Positions 39,854 through 48,721 of a stretch of 64,000 nucleotides of DNA are shown here, one piece after another. Position 1 is the first letter of the stretch, and each line of letters begins with the position of its first letter. Under the pieces are notes generated by a model that was given only the letters and a program-made list of their open reading frames with translations, was not told where the DNA came from and did no database searches. This DNA comes from Akkermansia muciniphila (GTDB taxonomy: Bacteria; Verrucomicrobiota; Verrucomicrobiia; Methylacidiphilales; CAMAQI01), in NCBI GenBank assembly GCA_945883905.1, contig CAMCYL010000002.1, positions 7,464 through 71,463 of the forward strand, written 5' to 3'. The position numbers and the translations under genes are program-made.

Positions 39854-40690
39854 CTAACTGTTATTATGAAATAGGTAGTCAACCAGCTCTCTCATGTGCT
39901 CTACATAGCGATTCATCCACACATCTCCCCCCATCATCCAAACAATCGCCGCTATTGAAATATACGGTCCGTAAGGCATCCGCAACCCCATCGCTCGTTT
40001 TTTTTGAATCACAATCGCTATTCCGATCAACGATCCAAACACCGATGATAACCCTAAAACAAAAGCCGCTCCCCAAGGACCAAAAAATGCTCCAATGGCC
40101 GCTAATAACTTAACATCCCCTAATCCCATCGCTTCACGACGAAAAACCCATGTTCCAACTTTCGCTATTAAAAACAGGATCGCTCCCCCCACAAAGGCCC
40201 CTCTCAAACTCTCCACAAATCCCTTCCAACTCGTCGATTCTTGATGGAGTTGAGGATAAATAAAACTAATCAAAAGCCCCACAACACATCCTCCCAAAGT
40301 AAAACGATCCGGGATGATAAAATAATCTAAATCAATACAACTGGCGACAATCAACCCACAGCTAACAAAAGTATAAATCCAAAAAAGAGGAGTAGGTCCT
40401 TGTTGCCTCCAAATCCACCAAAACAAAAAAGCGGTCGTTGCTTCCACCATCCAATATCGAGCATCAATTCGACTCCCACAGCAATTCGATCTCCCCTTCA
40501 ATACAAACCATCCCAAAATCGGAATATTATACTTCCAAGGAATCGCCGTCCCGCAAGAACCACAATAGGAAGATCTCGAAACTAAATCGACCTCGATCGG
40601 AATACGATAAATACAAACATTTAAAAACGACCCGATACAGGCCCCAAACAAAACAACAAACACTTGAAATAGCGGGAGATCAAATTCCAT
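39854..40690 (-). CDS. pilD: Type IV prepilin peptidase / N-methyltransferase (A24 family)
   Basis: 278 aa with GSFLNVCIYRIP, the Zn motif CGSCGTAIPWKYNIPILGWFVLKGRSNCCGS, and catalytic-Asp contexts IIPDRFT and GLGDVKLLAAIGAFFG. Confidence 0.9.
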   Translation of the reverse strand: MEFDLPLFQVFVVLFGACIGSFLNVCIYRIPIEVDLVSRSSYCGSCGTAIPWKYNIPILGWFVLKGRSNCCGSRIDARYWMVEATTAFLFWWIWRQQGPTPLFWIYTFVSCGLIVASCIDLDYFIIPDRFTLGGCVVGLLISFIYPQLHQESTSWKGFVESLRGAFVGGAILFLIAKVGTWVFRREAMGLGDVKLLAAIGAFFGPWGAAFVLGLSSVFGSLIGIAIVIQKKRAMGLRMPYGPYISIAAIVWMMGGDVWMNRYVEHMRELVDYLFHNNS

Positions 40691-40720
40691 AAATAACGAT
40701 GACCAATCTTAGCTTTTAAC

Positions 40721-41047
40721 TTAAGCTGAACCTACCGCTAACCAAGAAACCTCTACAGACCACATCCGAGTATTCAACCATGTCCGAACTCGTAACGAAA
40801 AACCGTCCGCCGTTATATTTTCAGGACTCAAACTCAAACGAGCATTTCGTGAGTTATCAATATCAAATCCAATCAGCGACAGCTGAACAAGGGGTTGACC
40901 CGAAAATCGTTGATCAAATCGTACATAACGCTCAAAAATCCGATCATGATTCTCAGCAGGAACATCTAACAATACCCAATCGGGCTCCTCAACACTTCCC
41001 ACAACCGTACCATTCAAAAATAAAGGTGCTGGATTCTTATCTGACAT
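40721..41047 (-). CDS. Small H-type-lectin-domain-like protein
   Basis: 108 aa. The pattern VRFDQRFSGQPLVQLSLIGFDIDNSRNARLSLSPENITADGFSLRVRTWLNTRMWSVEVSWLAVG matches H_lectin as recalled from memory. Confidence 0.45.
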   Translation of the reverse strand: MSDKNPAPLFLNGTVVGSVEEPDWVLLDVPAENHDRIFERYVRFDQRFSGQPLVQLSLIGFDIDNSRNARLSLSPENITADGFSLRVRTWLNTRMWSVEVSWLAVGSA

Positions 41048-41110
41048 AGTTAACTCCCCTTTTAATTCAGTTTACTGCAACAACTATAACCGTCAAGATA
41101 CAACAAAAAA

Positions 41111-41136
41111 CCCCGAATAAATCGGGGTTTTTTTTT
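41111..41136. terminator. Bidirectional rho-independent terminator downstream of the bactofilin gene
   Basis: AAAAAA-CCCCGA-ATAAA-TCGGGG-TTTTTTTTT, with a 6-bp GC-rich stem flanked by an A run and a T run. Confidence 0.65.
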
Positions 41137-41150
41137 AAATTAAATTAAGA

Positions 41151-41504
41151 TTAAGAAGCCTTTGGTGCTTGTACCGTTCCCTCTGACATCGGCATCTGAA
41201 TGCTTCCATTCAAAATACCCCCTTGAGAGACAATAAAGCGAGGGGATTTAATATTTCCATTCACAACCCCCGTCGGAGCGACATCAACTTTATCAGAGGA
41301 CTCAATGGAACCGGATACCTTCCCAGAAACCTGAACATTCTTCGCGGATACCTCAGCCTTCACTTCTCCCCCTTGGGAGACAGTTAAATTTTCTTTGATT
41401 TTAATCGTCCCTTCAACATAACCGTCCACGACAATATTTTCGTCGCCAATGACGTCGCCTTTGATTTTAATCGTCTTCCCGATGTAGGTAGGTGTGAGTG
41501 ACAT
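41151..41504 (-). CDS. Bactofilin-family cytoskeletal protein
   Basis: 117 aa of repetitive beta-helix sequence (IKGDVIGDENIVVDGYVEGTIKIKENLTVSQGGEVKAEVSAKNVQVSGKVSGSIES..VVNGNIKSPRFIVSQGGILNGSI). Confidence 0.85.
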   Translation of the reverse strand: MSLTPTYIGKTIKIKGDVIGDENIVVDGYVEGTIKIKENLTVSQGGEVKAEVSAKNVQVSGKVSGSIESSDKVDVAPTGVVNGNIKSPRFIVSQGGILNGSIQMPMSEGTVQAPKAS

Positions 41505-41554
41505 AAAGTTTGTATAGCGATTCTTCTAAAAACCGTCAACGGCAAAAGCGACCC

Positions 41555-43150
41555 TCATTCATCAAAAGTAGGATCCTTCTTAACTCCTAATTCGAGCGAT
41601 CTTTTATAATGAAACTTACACTTTTCTCCATTCCCATCTCCAAGGGATTTCATCGTTTTTGCTAACGCTCGATGAATATCTCCCGAATTCGGGTTTCTCG
41701 TAAGTCCCTCTTGAAGGGATTTCTTCGATTCCTCATACCATCCACGATCGTATAAAATAATCCCCAAACCCAAATAACTTTCCGCAATCTCGGGAGAAAG
41801 TGCAACTGAAGCAATCGCCTCATCAATCGCCTCTTCACTGCGTCCATTTTGACTTTTAACAATCGCTAAAGTTCCATAACTGTATCCATCATAGGGCGCC
41901 AATGCGATCGCCCGTTCAAGATAGCTGATAGAGGCCTCAGAATTACCACAAAGGTATTCAACACTTCCTAAGTTCGAAAGCAAATAAAGTGATTCTTTTT
42001 CCTTTTTATGTAAAGCCTGATAAAGAGATTGCGCTTCCTTATAATGTGCAGAATTAAACGCATTCGCTGCTTTTTTAGAGATCAGTAAATCAGACTTAGG
42101 AATCATAGGAATCAATGAAGGTGAAGGATCGGAATGAGATTGAATAAGATCCAAGATCGATTTTCTTAATTGAAAAACTCGATGATAAATGAGTTGATTT
42201 TCATTTTCTAACGATTCTTTCGCAAAAAGAAAATCTCCTTCTGTCTTATACTGTTGATCTCCCTCCAGCGGCTTCCAAATTTTATCTCCCATCACTTTAT
42301 CAAAGGCATCCGCCGCAATTCCTTCAGGATTCCGTGCAATCTTTAAAGCTCTTTCCAATCCCACCTGTAATCGACTTAAAACTCGATACTGAATCTGCTC
42401 AAAATCAAATCCTTGGATCCACGAAATCTGAAAGGGAGCCCGTTCTTTTACTTCAATCGCAACCTCTTTGATCTCCTCTGGTGGAGGTACTTCCATTTTA
42501 ATCTCTTCGATTGAATCCGATTCAATGCCCAGTTTAGAAACGCTCTCCGTCGTTGAAATCGATAAATCAGGCTGAATGACAACCGCTTCTTGAACGGGGC
42601 TCTCCTCTCTCTCACTGACCACTGCTCTCTCGGACTCTTTTTTAGAACTGACAAAAAGTTCATTAAAACTTGAAAATGCTAAAACGACGATCATCCCATG
42701 CGGTAAAGTTCGTCCGTTCACGATCACCTCCCCTAAATGCCCTGTAATTCCAAATGTTTTTTTCTGATTCGAATCAAAAACAATCGTAAATAGCGAACCT
42801 CCCGACATTTGAATAAAATAACGATCAATAATAAAATTCAGCGACCGTTTTTGAAGATCATTATTTCGAATAAAAATCGCGTGATCTCCATGAATATTAA
42901 ATCCGAAGCTCAAAAGGAATGAATAGTCCGAATGTTCGACTTTGACTTTATAGGTCGATCGAGGAATCGTCTGACGAAGTTCCTGTGACGGCGATAAAAC
43001 AACAAGATCCCTCTGTCTTAATCCAATCGCAAATAATGCTTGAGGTTGAGTAACTTCCTCCGAAAATAACACGCTAAATAAGCAAAAAAATGCAAAAAAA
43101 ATGCGAACTAAATATTTCACAATGAAATACTTATAAATATAAAAATACAA
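41555..43150 (-). CDS. Secreted or membrane-anchored TPR-repeat protein
   Basis: 531 aa with a hydrophobic N-terminus and acidic middle. The C-terminal TPR units include YLERAIALAPYDGYSYGTLAIV, ASVALSPEIAESYLGLGIILY and LQEGLTRNPNSGDIHRALA. The exact start is uncertain. Confidence 0.7.
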   Translation of the reverse strand: MYFYIYKYFIVKYLVRIFFAFFCLFSVLFSEEVTQPQALFAIGLRQRDLVVLSPSQELRQTIPRSTYKVKVEHSDYSFLLSFGFNIHGDHAIFIRNNDLQKRSLNFIIDRYFIQMSGGSLFTIVFDSNQKKTFGITGHLGEVIVNGRTLPHGMIVVLAFSSFNELFVSSKKESERAVVSEREESPVQEAVVIQPDLSISTTESVSKLGIESDSIEEIKMEVPPPEEIKEVAIEVKERAPFQISWIQGFDFEQIQYRVLSRLQVGLERALKIARNPEGIAADAFDKVMGDKIWKPLEGDQQYKTEGDFLFAKESLENENQLIYHRVFQLRKSILDLIQSHSDPSPSLIPMIPKSDLLISKKAANAFNSAHYKEAQSLYQALHKKEKESLYLLSNLGSVEYLCGNSEASISYLERAIALAPYDGYSYGTLAIVKSQNGRSEEAIDEAIASVALSPEIAESYLGLGIILYDRGWYEESKKSLQEGLTRNPNSGDIHRALAKTMKSLGDGNGEKCKFHYKRSLELGVKKDPTFDE

Positions 43151-43193
43151 AAGTCAATCTACGGATGCACAAGTGCCACTAAAACAAAATAAA

Positions 43194-43219
43194 TAAATAC
43201 ATTGTCTCACGCAACGTTA
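43194..43219. repeat. 26-nt motif TAAATACATTGTCTCACGCAACGTTA, copy 2 (similarity extends to about 43176-43219)
   Basis: Identical to 25236-25261. Overlaps the stop codon of the 43217-43870 gene and lies 44 nt upstream of the start of the minus-strand TPR gene (43150). Confidence 0.9.
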
Positions 43220-43870
43220 TTGTATTTTTTTTTCCTCATAGGCAACGACCTTTCCCTCCTTAAATTCCACTCGTCTCTCTCCACGAGGAATACGAATCAT
43301 CGTCGTAACTTGAATGGTTCGCCCATAAATATCCCTCCCATTTCGAATCTCGGGAACCTCCTCATATCGAATATAACTCCAAATCATGGTCTTCCCCTTT
43401 TCATCAATACGAAATGAACTCTCTTTCGGTTTTCCCAAAGATTGCCGAACCTCCTCCTCCGTCATTCCTGGTAAAATGCTCTTTTCTTGTATCGCTACTT
43501 CTACCCGCTTCATTTCTTCAATTTGTTGACGATAGCACTGCAAATCCTTTTCGCTAATCGTTTGAACAGACTCTGCAGAGACCCAACCCTCCCAACTATT
43601 CGAAGATTCTAACGATTGAATAAGCCACCCTTGTGAATGCCAACCGAGGACTCGAGCGGCGCTTCCCGCAGGGAGATTTCGAAGCAAACTACGTAAATCC
43701 TTTTCCGTAAATAAAGGAGTGAGACGTTCTAATTTGATGTTGGGAAACTCACTTAACTTTCCCGGAAAATAAAGAACATCGGGATCTCTTAATGACTCAA
43801 ATGAATTCCCCGCAATAAACTTCACTCCAAAGAGAGAAAGTATCATCAAAATGGAGAATCGATATTTCAT
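43217..43870 (-). CDS. Secreted protein with SH3b-like and BamE/SmpA-like segments
   Basis: 217 aa with signal peptide MKYRFSILMILSLFGVKFIAG. ILPGMTEEEVRQSLGKPKE resembles the BamE/SmpA motif. Domain calls are tentative. Confidence 0.4.
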   Translation of the reverse strand: MKYRFSILMILSLFGVKFIAGNSFESLRDPDVLYFPGKLSEFPNIKLERLTPLFTEKDLRSLLRNLPAGSAARVLGWHSQGWLIQSLESSNSWEGWVSAESVQTISEKDLQCYRQQIEEMKRVEVAIQEKSILPGMTEEEVRQSLGKPKESSFRIDEKGKTMIWSYIRYEEVPEIRNGRDIYGRTIQVTTMIRIPRGERRVEFKEGKVVAYEEKKIQ

Positions 43871-43928
43871 CGAATGAAAATTAAATTTAGAGTGATCGAT
43901 CTTAAGAGTTTAATCAAAACGAATAAAC

Positions 43929-45656
43929 CTATTTTTTTTCAACGAGAACCACATCATCCATATAAAAACTTCCCTCTCCAATAAACGTAAAGGCTAAGCG
44001 AAACTCCTCAGGCTCCTTTTTATCTCCCTTCGTCTTTGTATAACGAACTTTTTTCTTTTGCTGAGACCAAGAGGAGTTAACATTAAAATTTGATTGAGCA
44101 ATTGCATTTAATCCCTCTCCCGCATAACGCTCCTCATTCCCTTTTTTTTCAAGAAAACTGGAACTCCCTGTTAAACTAACCTGACAGTCTCCAAAGCCAT
44201 TTCCCTTCACAAAAAAACTCAACTCATATTCGGTATCCGACTTTAATAAGATTGAGTCTGGATAGTTTAATCCAAAAGTCTTTCCACCAGATTCAGTTAT
44301 AAACCGAGGAACCTCTTTTATGAATTCCTGCTTCGTATCAATAAATTCGAAAAACAAACAAGAATCACCCACAGATCCCTGTGGAAGTTCAAGCTCTGGT
44401 TCATAACCAATTAAATTCTTTTGCGTCTTATAGCGTTCCTTTTTTGATAACGCTTTGAGTAAAAAAAACCGCGCTCCTTCAGGACTACTAATTCCTCCTG
44501 GCACTTCTGAAACCCAAGCGACTGACCTTAAAACATTCGGCAATGTCGACTCCCCTTTAATATTCTCAACTTTATCAAAAACATTCGCTCCTTTCGATCC
44601 CTTATTATAGGCGATCCGAAGATTGCCGGAAGTAGATCCAATAATAAGATCTGGCAACCCGTCATCATTCATATCTTCAAAACAAGGATTAGCGAGAGTC
44701 GTGGTCGCTCCAGTAGATCCAAAACGGATCGTCATCGGATCATTCATCGGTAATGTTTCTTTGTGGAGAGACACGCTAATTTGACCCTTCTCTCGCTCTC
44801 CAAAAACCAAATCCGGCTTTCCATCCTGATTCCAATCGAAGATTAAAGGAACTAAATGCTCCCTCCCCTGACTCGTAATCATCTGTTTTGGAGCATTGAA
44901 ATTTGGCTTCTCATTGGTTCCATTATTGATCAAAAGAAAAATACTATTCGCTGAAAAAGAACCCTCTCCCATAATCAAATCCTTTTTCCCATCTCCATTC
45001 CAATCAAAATAACAGGGAGCTAAATAATTACACCAAAGTTTTCCCTTCGCATTGGTATTCACTTCGTACTCCTTAAGTTCCGTCAAAGTTACAAATTTTG
45101 GAGCGTTGGCCGCTCCCATATTACGGACTAAATAGAGCTTCCCAACAAAATCACCGATCACTAAATCCAACAACCCATCACCGGAAAAATCAACGAGTTG
45201 AATTTTGGGAATTCGAACCCCCGGAAGCCAAAACGGAAGTAATTCACCTCGACTAAATTTAGGCTCTTTGGCCGTCCCTTTATTTAGAAAAATCCAAAAA
45301 TAACCGGCGGAATCAGCGACAAAAAAATCCTTCGCTCCGTCCCCATTTAAATCGACCGCCTGTACGGAAGGAGGGAAAGCATTCCCCGAAACTTGCCCTT
45401 GGGAATTGACGATCGAACCTTGACCCGTAAAAACTCTTAATCCTCCGGAGCTGACCCCATCCCACGGATTCGCATCAACGCTCACCACCTCCATGTCCCC
45501 CCCACGAATCAAATTCACCACTTTCACAGGAGGGGTCTGTGAATAAAGAAAAGTAAAAGTAAATAAGCTGAAAATAAGAGCTCTTTTCATCAACAAAAAA
45601 AAGTACAAGATCGACTCAAACTTTAGATTAATCCCCTGTGGAAAGTTAAATTTCAT
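43929..45656 (-). CDS. FG-GAP/VCBS-repeat beta-propeller protein (secreted)
   Basis: 575 aa with repeated DxNxDGxxD Ca-binding loops: DLNGDGAKDFFVAD, DFSGDGLLDLVIGD, DWNGDGKKDLIMGE, DWNQDGKPDLVFGE, DMNDDGLPDLIIGS. An internal Met at 45590 gives a classical signal peptide, MKRALIFSLFTFTFLYSQ. Confidence 0.8.
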   Translation of the reverse strand: MKFNFPQGINLKFESILYFFLLMKRALIFSLFTFTFLYSQTPPVKVVNLIRGGDMEVVSVDANPWDGVSSGGLRVFTGQGSIVNSQGQVSGNAFPPSVQAVDLNGDGAKDFFVADSAGYFWIFLNKGTAKEPKFSRGELLPFWLPGVRIPKIQLVDFSGDGLLDLVIGDFVGKLYLVRNMGAANAPKFVTLTELKEYEVNTNAKGKLWCNYLAPCYFDWNGDGKKDLIMGEGSFSANSIFLLINNGTNEKPNFNAPKQMITSQGREHLVPLIFDWNQDGKPDLVFGEREKGQISVSLHKETLPMNDPMTIRFGSTGATTTLANPCFEDMNDDGLPDLIIGSTSGNLRIAYNKGSKGANVFDKVENIKGESTLPNVLRSVAWVSEVPGGISSPEGARFFLLKALSKKERYKTQKNLIGYEPELELPQGSVGDSCLFFEFIDTKQEFIKEVPRFITESGGKTFGLNYPDSILLKSDTEYELSFFVKGNGFGDCQVSLTGSSSFLEKKGNEERYAGEGLNAIAQSNFNVNSSWSQQKKKVRYTKTKGDKKEPEEFRLAFTFIGEGSFYMDDVVLVEKK

Positions 45657-45664
45657 AGATCTCC

Positions 45665-46990
45665 TTAAGTTCCTGACAGTAAACGCTCTTGAAAACGAGT
45701 CAAAAGATGGACAATAATATTAATCGAAACTTGAAAAACCTCCTCCGACCCCTCAACTTCAAAATTTCTGAAGTAGGTCTCGCGTGCTCCCCACATTCCA
45801 GAGGGGGTAATAAATTCAATCTCTTTACCATTAATCTTACCGGCCTGTAATTCAACCTCATTTTTAGTCGGCTTTACCGGATCCTTGTAGGCGACCCGCA
45901 TCATATCGGTGTAATTATTAGGGGTATAAAGAACCGCGATTTCATTATCAATTTTAATCACCTCAAAAGGATCTTGTCGGTAGTTCATTCCATCAGGAAC
46001 TCCCTTTAATTGGAAAAAAGATTTTTCCCCGGCAAAAATAGGATGAGTAATGGGAATGATCTCAAATTGTTTATCCGCATCTGGAATCACGCGCTTCATC
46101 TCACGACGAAAGGCGATATCAAATCGTGAACCAACTCCTGCCAATCCGCTATCCCCCCAAATACAACCTCCAGCAATCAAATAGTTTCTGATATTTTCAA
46201 TTTCAGTCGCCGTAAATTTAAAATCTTGCGATCCCGTCATATACACAAAGGGAGGGGCTTTATCCAACAATGTCGCGCTCGACATATCCAAAGGCCGTGC
46301 CTCCACTTTGGCCTTCATTCTCCCTTGACTCCAAACATTAACCATTCGAGTTAAATTCTTAATCGGTCCACGCTCATTTCCAATCTCATCAAATAAAATC
46401 GCCTTTACATTCAACCCCTCAACTTTAGCAACAAAGAGAATAAACTCCGCCTGAACATTACGACCGACTCCAGTCGGACCCGCCCCTCCTGATCCCCCCC
46501 CTCCACTTCCCCACTTGGAAACAGTTCCTTTAATCGCTGAACTCCGCGCTCCAAAGGATTTGGAGGCAGCAGCCTCCGCACTCTTCGCAAGCTCCTGAGT
46601 CACATTTTTAACAGCACTCGTATCAATCGTCGTCGAAATCTGTGTCGATACAGGAACCGTAAATGAGCTCGCATCAGAGGAGTCCACTGAAAGAAGCTCG
46701 GTGCTCGCTGCAGTTGAACTCGAAGGAACTTGCATCTGTGCTTGAGCTTGATCCTGTGCACTACTCGAATCCGGGGTCGAATCGGCCTGACTTGCAGGAG
46801 GAGTAGGTCCTGGATCTCCTCCTCCAATGAGATAAGAGGCACTTTCAAATTCTGTTTTAGTAAAAACCGCCTCAAAAACAACAGCCCCCCCGATCAGAAG
46901 AAATAAAATAACATGGAAAATAATCGACCCTATAAAATACGGGGACCGTTTAAATTTCTCTTTCCAACCTTCTTCTCGTCGCTCGTGCAT
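45665..46990 (-). CDS. Bitopic protein with a TonB-like N-terminal anchor (SxxxH), a low-complexity linker and a DUF4159-like C-terminal domain
   Basis: 441 aa. The TM segment is YFIGSIIFHVILFLLIGGAVVF, containing S-I-I-F-H. A Ser/Ala/Gln/Pro/Gly-rich linker follows. The C-terminus VYMTGSQDFKFTATEIENIRNYLIAGGCIWGDSG...THPIF resembles DUF4159 (from memory). No TonB C-terminal domain pattern was seen. Confidence 0.5.
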   Translation of the reverse strand: MHERREEGWKEKFKRSPYFIGSIIFHVILFLLIGGAVVFEAVFTKTEFESASYLIGGGDPGPTPPASQADSTPDSSSAQDQAQAQMQVPSSSTAASTELLSVDSSDASSFTVPVSTQISTTIDTSAVKNVTQELAKSAEAAASKSFGARSSAIKGTVSKWGSGGGGSGGAGPTGVGRNVQAEFILFVAKVEGLNVKAILFDEIGNERGPIKNLTRMVNVWSQGRMKAKVEARPLDMSSATLLDKAPPFVYMTGSQDFKFTATEIENIRNYLIAGGCIWGDSGLAGVGSRFDIAFRREMKRVIPDADKQFEIIPITHPIFAGEKSFFQLKGVPDGMNYRQDPFEVIKIDNEIAVLYTPNNYTDMMRVAYKDPVKPTKNEVELQAGKINGKEIEFITPSGMWGARETYFRNFEVEGSEEVFQVSINIIVHLLTRFQERLLSGT

Positions 46991-46998
46991 TCGTTTCC

Positions 46999-47430
46999 TT
47001 ACATTGAAGACGTTCCAAAAGCCAAATTCTTAACGCCAGCAGCACTGCAAGCATTTAAAACATCGACGACCCGTTCATGACGCGCCGAAGAGGCAGGGGC
47101 TATAATCACAGGCTGCTTTTCTCCAAATTTAGCAATCAGTCCTTTCAATTCTGCCTTCAAACCATTCATCTCTTTACTATTGGGAGTATCCATCGGTGTT
47201 TGATTTAAAAAAACTTGCCCAAAGGCATTGATATCCAGCTGAGCCGGCGGATTTTCCTCCACCTGACCGGCGGCGGTTTTTCCTCCTGGAATCTTAATTC
47301 CCAGCTCCGCCTCTTTAATTTGTGCCCCCGCACTGGACATAAAAAAGATCAAAAGCACGAACAGGAGATCCAAGATCGGTGCGATCTGGAGTCCGAATTC
47401 ACCTTCTTCACCACCACCTCCTCCGCCCAT
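46999..47430 (-). CDS. exbD: ExbD/TolR-family biopolymer transport protein
   Basis: 143 aa with ILDLLFVLLIFFM and a periplasmic domain ending ERVVDVLNACSAAGVKNLAF. Confidence 0.85.
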   Translation of the reverse strand: MGGGGGGEEGEFGLQIAPILDLLFVLLIFFMSSAGAQIKEAELGIKIPGGKTAAGQVEENPPAQLDINAFGQVFLNQTPMDTPNSKEMNGLKAELKGLIAKFGEKQPVIIAPASSARHERVVDVLNACSAAGVKNLAFGTSSM

Positions 47431-47433
47431 AAT

Positions 47434-47889
47434 TTATCCTTTTTTATTTGCTTCGTTCGTCACGACTGAAAAAGTAATACTCGAAATTTGTGCCTCCGCA
47501 CAAGCTTTCATGACTTGAGAGACATAACTATATTGCGCCTCTTTATCCGCTCGCACCAATACCCGCATTCCTGGATTGATATCAGAACTCTTCTTTAAAA
47601 AAGCCACCGCCTCTTGAGGACTCGAATACTGCTTCTGATCGATCTCGATCGTTCCCTGTTTTTTAGCAGGATCCCAGCTTAGATTGATGACGACTTGAAT
47701 GACATTTTTTGACTTATCCTTCCCATCTTTTGCAACAGGAAGCTCTAATCCTTTGACATTCCGAAGAATCTCCGAGGTCGTAATACTCATGAAGAAAATC
47801 AATAAAACCAACAAAACATCCGCCATCGGCGCAACCTGAAATTCCGGATCGGCCTCAGGCTCTGCATGTTTGATCTTACGTCTTCCCAT
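47434..47889 (-). CDS. exbD: ExbD/TolR-family biopolymer transport protein (second paralog)
   Basis: 151 aa with MADVLLVLLIFFM and VRADKEAQYSYVSQVMKACAEAQISSITF. Confidence 0.85.
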   Translation of the reverse strand: MGRRKIKHAEPEADPEFQVAPMADVLLVLLIFFMSITTSEILRNVKGLELPVAKDGKDKSKNVIQVVINLSWDPAKKQGTIEIDQKQYSSPQEAVAFLKKSSDINPGMRVLVRADKEAQYSYVSQVMKACAEAQISSITFSVVTNEANKKG

Positions 47890-47919
47890 AAATAATCTCA
47901 GTCTCTCTCTTAAACTCGA

Positions 47920-48720
47920 TTAAGCTTGTTGCTCTTCCGTGAAAACCTCAGAGCCGTATTCGCCAATACGAATACCAGAAAGTTGTTCGTAGGGAATATC
48001 CTCTAACAAACGATAGACCAAAGCATCCGCTCTTAAACTAGCGGTCTGCGCTTTTCCTTTTAAGATGTAAAAGAAAATAAAGGCCGGAATCGCCACAACG
48101 AGCCCTGCCGCTGTCGCCACTAAAACCTCACCAATATTCCCCGCAAGCTTAGAGGGATCACTAATTCCCGATTGGCCTAAGGTCGCAAAGGCTTTAATCA
48201 TACCGAGCACGGTTCCGGTTAAACCGACCATCGGCGAGATAACTCCAATAACAGAAAGATAGGTCGTATTTGTTTTTAAAATCGAAGACTCCACGACCGA
48301 ATTTTCCTGAATCGCAAAATCGACCGCATCTTTACTTCTTCCAATCCGCTCAAGACCGGCCGCAAGTAATGTCGAAAGATAACAAGGAGAAGACTGACAC
48401 AATTGCCATGCCTCTTGATAGTTCCCAGAATGAATCTGCTCCTTAAGCTGCGCAACCAATATCGGAGGGGCCAATTTCACTAAACGTAATTTTACAAATC
48501 CCTCCACCGTAAACGCCACAACGCACATCGACATAATCACACAAAAATACATGACACTTCCTCCCTCATGGAAGATATCTTTAACACTCTTTTCCCCCTT
48601 CTTTGTGTCCTCGCCAACAGGAACCTCTTGCGCCATTAAGACCGATGAAAAAAGAATGCATGCGAAGCTCATCGCCAGCACCCATTGACCAAGTTTAGAA
48701 GACACTATTTTGATATTCAT
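47920..48720 (-). CDS. exbB: MotA/TolQ/ExbB proton-channel protein
   Basis: Starting at ATG 48720 (MNIKIVSS...), 1 nt after the upstream stop, gives 266 aa. Has LSVIGVISPMVGLTGTVLGMIKAF and GNIGEVLVATAAGLVVAIPAFIFF signatures. Confidence 0.88.
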   Translation of the reverse strand: MNIKIVSSKLGQWVLAMSFACILFSSVLMAQEVPVGEDTKKGEKSVKDIFHEGGSVMYFCVIMSMCVVAFTVEGFVKLRLVKLAPPILVAQLKEQIHSGNYQEAWQLCQSSPCYLSTLLAAGLERIGRSKDAVDFAIQENSVVESSILKTNTTYLSVIGVISPMVGLTGTVLGMIKAFATLGQSGISDPSKLAGNIGEVLVATAAGLVVAIPAFIFFYILKGKAQTASLRADALVYRLLEDIPYEQLSGIRIGEYGSEVFTEEQQA

Positions 48721-48721
48721 T

